A DNA stretch of 64,000 nucleotides from an uncultured Chloroflexia bacterium (lineage in GTDB: Bacteria; Chloroflexota; Limnocylindria; Limnocylindrales; CSP1-4). The position numbers and the translations under genes were made by a program. The stretch spans positions 1,248,001 through 1,312,000 of the forward strand of contig CAWFXA010000002.1 of the NCBI GenBank assembly GCA_963819655.1. Reading direction: 5' to 3'. The notes under the pieces were generated by a model that was not told the origin of the DNA, ran no database searches, and saw nothing but the letters and a program-made list of their open reading frames with translations. Position 1 is the stretch's first letter. Every line of letters starts with the position of its first letter. Below, one piece after another: positions 58,599-64,000 of this stretch.

Positions 58599-59189
58599 CT
58601 AGCGTGTCACGCCGTATCGGAAGCAGCCCGGCAGGTGATCGTCGACGAGCCCGACGCTCTGCATGAACGCGTAGACGATCGTCGTGCCGACGAACTTGAA
58701 GCCGCGCTTCCGCAGATCACGCGACAGCGCATCGGACACGGGTGTCGAGGCCGGGATCTCGCCGCCCTTCGTCCCGGCCGGCAGCGGTGCCGGCGGGCCG
58801 GGCACCATCGTCGCCAGGTAGGCATCGAACGACCCGAACTCGTCCGCCAGGGCCAGAACGCCGGCCGCGTTGCCGATCGTGGCGTCGATCTTGGCCCGAT
58901 TGCGGACGATCCCGGCATCGGCCATGAGGCGTGCCCGGTCGTCATCGTCGAAGGCCGCGACGACCCGCGGTTCGAAGTCCTTGAAGGCGGCCCGGAACGC
59001 CGGGCGCTTGTTCAGGATCGTCGACCAGGACAGTCCGGCCTGGAACGATTCGAGCGCGAGCCGCTCAAAGAGCTCTCGATCGTCGTGCGTCGGGACGGCC
59101 CATTCGGTGTCGTGGTAGTCGATCATCCGCGGGTCCGGCCGTGCGCTCTCGGCACCGGACCACCAACAACGCGCCAGCCTATCGGTCAT
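58599..59189 (-). CDS. tag: DNA-3-methyladenine glycosylase I
   Basis: YHDTEW, LESFQAGLSW, IVRNRAKI, GFKFVG, DDHLPGC. Confidence 0.94.
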   Translation of the reverse strand: MTDRLARCWWSGAESARPDPRMIDYHDTEWAVPTHDDRELFERLALESFQAGLSWSTILNKRPAFRAAFKDFEPRVVAAFDDDDRARLMADAGIVRNRAKIDATIGNAAGVLALADEFGSFDAYLATMVPGPPAPLPAGTKGGEIPASTPVSDALSRDLRKRGFKFVGTTIVYAFMQSVGLVDDHLPGCFRYGVTR

Positions 59190-59214
59190 GGCCGAAGGCT
59201 ACGCTACGGACGAC

Positions 59215-59739
59215 ATGGCTCTCCACTGCTATCTGGGACACGGCGCCTCCGGGACGTCGGCGAGCATGGCGCCGTTCGTCCATGGATTGCGCGCCCGTGG
59301 CATCGCCGCGACCGCCATCGACCTGCCGAAGCGCAAGGCCGAGGAGGCGCTCCCCGCGTTCCACAAGGTCGTGCCGAGCAAGCCGGATGTCGTCGTCGGC
59401 GGCCACTCGTACGGCGGCCGGGTCGCCAGCCTGGCCGCGGCGGAACCGGGCGCGCCCTACGCGGCGCTCGTGCTCTTCTCCTTCCCACTGCACCCGCCCG
59501 GTTCGCCGGACAGGACCGACGCCCGAACGGCGCATTTCGCGGCGATCCGTTGCCCGGTTCTGCTGCTCTCGGGCGAATCCGACCCGTTCGCCCGGATCGA
59601 ACTCCTGCGCGCGGCCGTGACCAGGTTCGGCGGTCCGGCCGAGCTGGTCACGTACCCGAAGCTCGGCCACGGCCTCAAGCCGGTCCTCGACGACGCCCTC
59701 GACCGGGTCGCGGCGTTCCTGGCGACGGTCAAGGCCTGA
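59215..59739 (+). CDS. Small alpha/beta hydrolase (KANL3/Tex30-like)
   Basis: GHGA, GGHSYGGR, FPLHPPG, GESDPF, GHGL. Confidence 0.85.
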   Translation: MALHCYLGHGASGTSASMAPFVHGLRARGIAATAIDLPKRKAEEALPAFHKVVPSKPDVVVGGHSYGGRVASLAAAEPGAPYAALVLFSFPLHPPGSPDRTDARTAHFAAIRCPVLLLSGESDPFARIELLRAAVTRFGGPAELVTYPKLGHGLKPVLDDALDRVAAFLATVKA

Positions 59740-59761
59740 CCGGACCCTCTGCCGGCACCCG

Positions 59762-60142
59762 TCAGCGAGTCGCGATGACCTCGATCTCGACCGCGTAGTC
59801 GGCCGCCAGTGCCGTGACGCCGACCGTCGCCCGCGTCGGCGGATCGTTCGGGAAGTACTCGCGGTAGACCCTGTTCATGGCCGCGAAGTCGCCGAAGTCC
59901 CGGAGATAGACCGTGGCTTTGACGACGTCCGCGAAGGTGAGCCCGGCGGCCGTGAGGAGCCGCCCGACGTTGTCGAGCATGGCCCGGGTCTCGGCCTCGA
60001 TGCCGCCCGGGACCGCGCCGTGCGATCCCGGCGCGTCGCCGACCTGGCCGGCAAGGAAGACGAACCCGTTCGCCTCGACGACCTGCGAGAAGGGGTATGG
60101 CCCAGGCTCGACACCGGGCAGCTTCGGGACGTGCTTCGGCAT
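59762..60142 (-). CDS. RidA family reactive-imine deaminase
   Basis: PFSQVV, LAGQV, FAAMNRVY, PTRAT (catalytic Arg), VEIEVIA. Confidence 0.92.
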   Translation of the reverse strand: MPKHVPKLPGVEPGPYPFSQVVEANGFVFLAGQVGDAPGSHGAVPGGIEAETRAMLDNVGRLLTAAGLTFADVVKATVYLRDFGDFAAMNRVYREYFPNDPPTRATVGVTALAADYAVEIEVIATR

Positions 60143-60169
60143 AGTCGCTTCTCCCTCGTGATCCGACCG

Positions 60170-61282
60170 TCAGAGCCGGCGATACGACGCGTCGACGGCT
60201 TGTTCACTCCACCACGCGAGGTCATCCGCGGCGCTGATCCCGGACGGTAGCTTCACGCCGGCCTCGGCGTCGAGGCCCTTGCGCCAGCCGCGCAGCAACA
60301 GGCCGACGATCCAGGTCAGGTCGCGCTGGAGGTCCCAATCGCCGGCAAGGCCGGCGAAGTCGCTGGGGGCACCCTCGGCCGCCCAGCGGCCACTGTCCCA
60401 CTCGAGTGCGTCCCGGTAGCGGCGCGTCACCTCGTCGGGCCCGACTGGCAGCGACCCGCTGTTCGAGACCAGGAACCAGCCCAGCTCCACGGCTATCGGC
60501 GCTCGCAGTGTCATCTGCCAGTCGATGAACCCCACTTGGTCTCCGGGGAGCAGCGCGACGTTGGCGAGTTTCAGGTCCCCGTGCAGCCCGACCCACGGCA
60601 GCACCTCGAGGGCCAGGACAAGCGGCGACGGATCGGCCGACAGCCGGTCCACGAGCTCCCAGGCAGTGGACGGGGCCCGACGCGCGAACGCCTCCCAGCC
60701 CGCCAGGAACCGGTTTCCGACGGGGTTGCCCTCAGCCTGGTAGCGGGCGGCGGACGTCGGGGTGAGCAGCGTCAGGCGCTCCGCCAGCGGACACCACGGC
60801 GGCGGTGGCTGGCCGTCGCGTTCGCCGGCCGACTCCAGGATCTTGCTCCACGGCACGGCATGGAGGCGCGCCATGGCCCGGAGCACGCGATCGAGCGTCG
60901 CCTCGTCGATGTCCGGGTCGTGACCCGGCCGCTCCCAGGCGATCAGCTCGTTCGAGAGGTCCGGCGTGAGGATCGCGACGCCGTCGCCATCGGAGGCGGC
61001 TCCGAGGTAGGGGGTCATGGCGCGCGGGATCCACGCCATCGCCCCCGGCGGGAGCGCGGCCAGCCAGGCTTCCCGGAGCGCGTCGTCGCGCGTGGCCCGG
61101 GCGATCCAATCGCGATCGAGCGAGGTGCGCTTCAGGACGTAGCGTCGGCCGAACCCATCGACGAGGCTCGTGAAGGTCGCCCCGGACCAACCGTCGTTCG
61201 GGAACTCGTGTTCCGGGAGCAGATCCAGGCCGTGCTCGGTCAGCAGGTCCAGCAGGGTGCGATCGCGCCAGCCGACGGTCAT
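60170..61282 (-). CDS. APH/choline-kinase-like phosphotransferase
   Basis: GWSGA, VLKR, MARLHA, HGDLKLANV, FIDWQ. Confidence 0.85.
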   Translation of the reverse strand: MTVGWRDRTLLDLLTEHGLDLLPEHEFPNDGWSGATFTSLVDGFGRRYVLKRTSLDRDWIARATRDDALREAWLAALPPGAMAWIPRAMTPYLGAASDGDGVAILTPDLSNELIAWERPGHDPDIDEATLDRVLRAMARLHAVPWSKILESAGERDGQPPPPWCPLAERLTLLTPTSAARYQAEGNPVGNRFLAGWEAFARRAPSTAWELVDRLSADPSPLVLALEVLPWVGLHGDLKLANVALLPGDQVGFIDWQMTLRAPIAVELGWFLVSNSGSLPVGPDEVTRRYRDALEWDSGRWAAEGAPSDFAGLAGDWDLQRDLTWIVGLLLRGWRKGLDAEAGVKLPSGISAADDLAWWSEQAVDASYRRL

Positions 61283-61291
61283 CGTTCAGCC

Positions 61292-61708
61292 TCAGCAGGG
61301 AGCGGGCACGTCGTCGGCACCGTCCGGGCCGCCGTCGAGGTAGACCACGTGCGAATCGGGGCAGTTCCGTGTCAGCACGACGACCAGTGGCTCGGTCCCA
61401 CTCGCGTTCTCCTCGACGTGGATCTCGCCCGCCGGGATGTAGACGAAGTCGCCGGCCGATGCGGTCATCGCATCATCGAGGCCGGTCGGGCCCCACGTGT
61501 AGCGCGCGCTCCCGGAGACGATATAGATCGACGTCTCACAGTCGCCGTGATGGTGGATGCGGGTCTTGTCGCCCGGGGCTGTCGAGACGATCGATGAATA
61601 GAGTCGTTCCGAGCCGACCGTCGGTCGCGAGATCGCGATCGAGCGCTCCATCCCCGGGTGCTGGCCCACGCTGGTGACGCGATCGCCGGGCGTGATCAGT
61701 GTCGCCAT
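61292..61708 (-). CDS. Cupin domain protein
   Basis: HHHGDCETSIYIVSG, GDFVYIPAGEIHVEEN; TGATG overlap with ASCH gene. Confidence 0.9.
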   Translation of the reverse strand: MATLITPGDRVTSVGQHPGMERSIAISRPTVGSERLYSSIVSTAPGDKTRIHHHGDCETSIYIVSGSARYTWGPTGLDDAMTASAGDFVYIPAGEIHVEENASGTEPLVVVLTRNCPDSHVVYLDGGPDGADDVPAPC

Positions 61709-62166
61709 CAGCTTGCCGACTCCAGGCGCTCGACCACCCTGAACCACTCGCACACGACGACGGTCGACGCGGTGAGCTCGAACGAGGGGTCCCTGAGGCC
61801 CGTCCGCAGATCGTCGATGTAGCTGTTCCAGAAGCGTTCGTGTGCGGTTCGCCAGTCGGCGGCATCTGCGAAGCCCTCTCCTTCGGCACGGGCGAACTCG
61901 TCCCCGACCAGCCCGATCGTCGAGAGCTCGACACGGGTGATCTCGACGATCGCGATCGGCCGTCCGTTCGAGTCGAGCATGACCTCGCGGTCCCCGGCGC
62001 GCGGCGGCATGACGCCTTCGACGACGAAGTCCACCCCGAGGCTCGCCGTCGCGGTCTTCGTCCCATCGAGTGCGAGCGCGGTCAGTCGCTCGCGCAGCGC
62101 ACCCGGGAATGCGAATCCCCATGCGGGCATGCCGAGATGGGTCGTGGGCTCGACTGGCTCGGGCAT
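61708..62166 (-). CDS. ASCH domain protein
   Basis: LALDGTKTATAS, PRAGD, FARAEGEG, WRTAHERFW, VVCEWF. Confidence 0.88.
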   Translation of the reverse strand: MPEPVEPTTHLGMPAWGFAFPGALRERLTALALDGTKTATASLGVDFVVEGVMPPRAGDREVMLDSNGRPIAIVEITRVELSTIGLVGDEFARAEGEGFADAADWRTAHERFWNSYIDDLRTGLRDPSFELTASTVVVCEWFRVVERLESAS

Positions 62167-62198
62167 ACGCCGATGATAGGTCGCTACCATCGGCGCCG

Positions 62199-63140
62199 AT
62201 GGCCTCCCCGCCCCGTTTCCCGCTCTTCGACGCGCCGTCGCCGCTCCACGCCCTGCCGCGCTTCAGCGCCGCGCTCGGTGGCCGGGTCGAGATCTGGACG
62301 AAGCGCGAGGATCTCCTGCCGTTGGCATTCGGCGGCAACAAGCTGCGCAACCTCGAATTCCTCGTCGGTGCGGCGCTGGCGGACGGCTGCGACACGCTGG
62401 TGACGAGCGGTCGGCGCTGGTCGAACCACGCCCGGCTCACGGCGGCGGCAGGGGCGCGGGCCGGCCTGGCCGTTCAACTCGTGCTGTCGGGACCGCAGGT
62501 GGATCCGCCCGGCCCCGGCATCCGGATGGCCCGCTCGTTCGGCGCGACGGTGCACCTCCTGGACGGCGCCGATCGTGACGAGCGGGAGGCTGCCGTCGCG
62601 CGCGTCGCACGCGAGGTGACAGCGGGCGGAGGACGGCCCTACGTGATCGGCGTCGGCGGCTCGGGCTCGGTCGGAGCGTTCGGGCAGGTGCTCGCCGCCC
62701 GCGAGCTCGTGGCACAGGCAGCGGACGAGGGCATCGCCATCGACCGCGTGGTGCTGGCGACCGCCACCGGTGGGACCCAGGCCGGCCTGATCGCCGGCCT
62801 GCCGACCTCGATCGCGGTGACGGGCGTCGTTGTCGCGCGGTCAGCGGCAGAGCTCCGGTCGTCGATCGGGGCGACGGTCGCCGAGCTGGGCGGGGCCGCC
62901 GACGCGGCGATCGAACTCGACGAGACGCACATCGGCGACGGATACGGTCGGCCGACTGTGGAGGCCACCGAGGCGGCGGCGATCCTGAGTCGGACCGAGG
63001 CGATCCTGGTCGACCCGATCTATACGGCCAAGGCGCTCGCCGGGCTCGTCGCGGGGGCGCGCTCCGGGGCGTGGGACGGCGAGCATGTGGTGTTCTGGCA
63101 CGCCGGGGGCTTGCCCGGGCTGTTCGAGCCGCTGGACTGA
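62199..63140 (+). CDS. D-cysteine desulfhydrase-like PLP enzyme (DcyD/ACC deaminase family)
   Basis: KREDL, FGGNKLRNL, SNHAR, ATGGTQAG, DPIYTAKA, WHAGG. Confidence 0.88.
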   Translation: MASPPRFPLFDAPSPLHALPRFSAALGGRVEIWTKREDLLPLAFGGNKLRNLEFLVGAALADGCDTLVTSGRRWSNHARLTAAAGARAGLAVQLVLSGPQVDPPGPGIRMARSFGATVHLLDGADRDEREAAVARVAREVTAGGGRPYVIGVGGSGSVGAFGQVLAARELVAQAADEGIAIDRVVLATATGGTQAGLIAGLPTSIAVTGVVVARSAAELRSSIGATVAELGGAADAAIELDETHIGDGYGRPTVEATEAAAILSRTEAILVDPIYTAKALAGLVAGARSGAWDGEHVVFWHAGGLPGLFEPLD

Positions 63141-63152
63141 CGTCACGGAGGG

Positions 63153-64000
63153 CTACTCCCCGGCGGACCGCCAGGCGTCGCGAACCTTCATCCGCCCTGC
63201 GGTCTGTAGCACCGCGCCGGCGTAGACCCGCGCGCCGATCGCGAACAGGATCCAGATCGCGATGACGGTCACGAGGATGGCGACGGCCACCTCAACAGGT
63301 GAGATCGCGTCGAACGCTGCCCGGAGCGGCACGACGAACGGCGCCGAGGCGGGGATGAAGGTGGCCACCCGAGCGACGATCCCCTGCGGGTCGTTGATGA
63401 CGGCGAAGATCGCCACGAAGTAGCTGATCATCGCGATCATCGTCACCGGCGTCGACGCGTTCGACGCCTCCTCCAGCCGCGACGCGAGCGCACCCAGGAA
63501 ACCGAGCGCCGTCGAATACAGCGCGTAGCCGAGCACGAACCAGACGACCAGCAACGCGATGGCGGAGGGCGTCGTTTCGGGCAGGGCGAAGCGATTCGTC
63601 AAGATTGCGGCGCTGAGCGCCGCGACCACGAACACGAGCAACTGGACGACGCCGAGGATCCCGATGCCGAGCACCTTGCCCATCAGCAGGTCCCGTGCGC
63701 GGACCGTGGCGAGGACGACCTCCACCACCCGACTCTGCTTCTCTTCGACCACGCCGGTCAGCACCGTGAAGCCGAAGCTGAAGATCCCCACGAGGATCAG
63801 CACCGCGCCGATGTTGGCGAACAGGAAACGCGACTGATCGGCGTCCGTCTGCGGATCGAGTGACTCGACGCTCGGGACCCCTTGCGCGGCGATGAGCGCA
63901 CCCGGATCGACCCCGGCGTCGACCATGACGTCCTGCACCCGAAGCGCGATGACTGCCGCAGAGACCAGCTGCGTGACGAGCTGGTCGGGCTCCTTCGCGA
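63153..64000 (-). CDS. ABC-2 type exporter permease (5' part outside window)
   Basis: GVVEEKQSRVVEVVL, LLMGKVLG, FVLGYALY, SAPFVVP. Confidence 0.9.
   Translation of the reverse strand, partial: AKEPDQLVTQLVSAAVIALRVQDVMVDAGVDPGALIAAQGVPSVESLDPQTDADQSRFLFANIGAVLILVGIFSFGFTVLTGVVEEKQSRVVEVVLATVRARDLLMGKVLGIGILGVVQLLVFVVAALSAAILTNRFALPETTPSAIALLVVWFVLGYALYSTALGFLGALASRLEEASNASTPVTMIAMISYFVAIFAVINDPQGIVARVATFIPASAPFVVPLRAAFDAISPVEVAVAILVTVIAIWILFAIGARVYAGAVLQTAGRMKVRDAWRSAGE

Noticed and set aside
62199-63140. True ACC deaminase (acdS)
   Set aside because: The diagnostic Glu and Leu residues are replaced by Thr and Ala.
1-64000. tRNA, rRNA, IS elements, integrase, prophage or low-GC island
   Set aside because: None recognisable; composition looks uniform across the window.

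Overview
A very GC-rich (about 70%), gene-dense bacterial chromosome segment with about 59 CDS. No rRNA, tRNA, CRISPR array, transposase, integrase or prophage is recognisable. Gene style suggests a Chloroflexota (Limnocylindria-like) or actinobacterium-like soil organism (inference only). In order: a fatty-acid synthesis cluster (accC-fabZ-phosphoesterase-fabF-accB-fabH-fabG); two diguanylate cyclases; a frameshift-riddled 10.7-13.7 kb stretch (polX, membrane protein, TPR protein) that looks like assembly error; a 937-aa degenerate DNA-methyltransferase/nuclease-fold protein; DUF885 and PhoX-like genes; an amine-catabolism locus with IclR; an MscS channel and acs; a CpaE/MinD-like ATPase beside a coiled-coil gene; moaA; a DnaA-box cluster with a promoter and structured RNA candidate; punA, an AlkZ-like glycosylase, a compound repeat element and thyX; a cyclic-nucleotide module; hydrolases; a peptide ABC transporter; and assorted metabolic and repair genes. 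Best candidates for undescribed systems: (1) the cyclase-STAND/two cNMP-binding proteins/FOXRED2-like flavoprotein module at 36.4-41.6 kb, (2) the apparently dead MTase-Zn ribbon-PD-(D/E)xK fusion next to a TPR/HIRAN-like gene and polX, (3) the DnaA-box-associated structured RNA at 32.6-32.9 kb. All family assignments come from motif recognition by eye; no database search was run.
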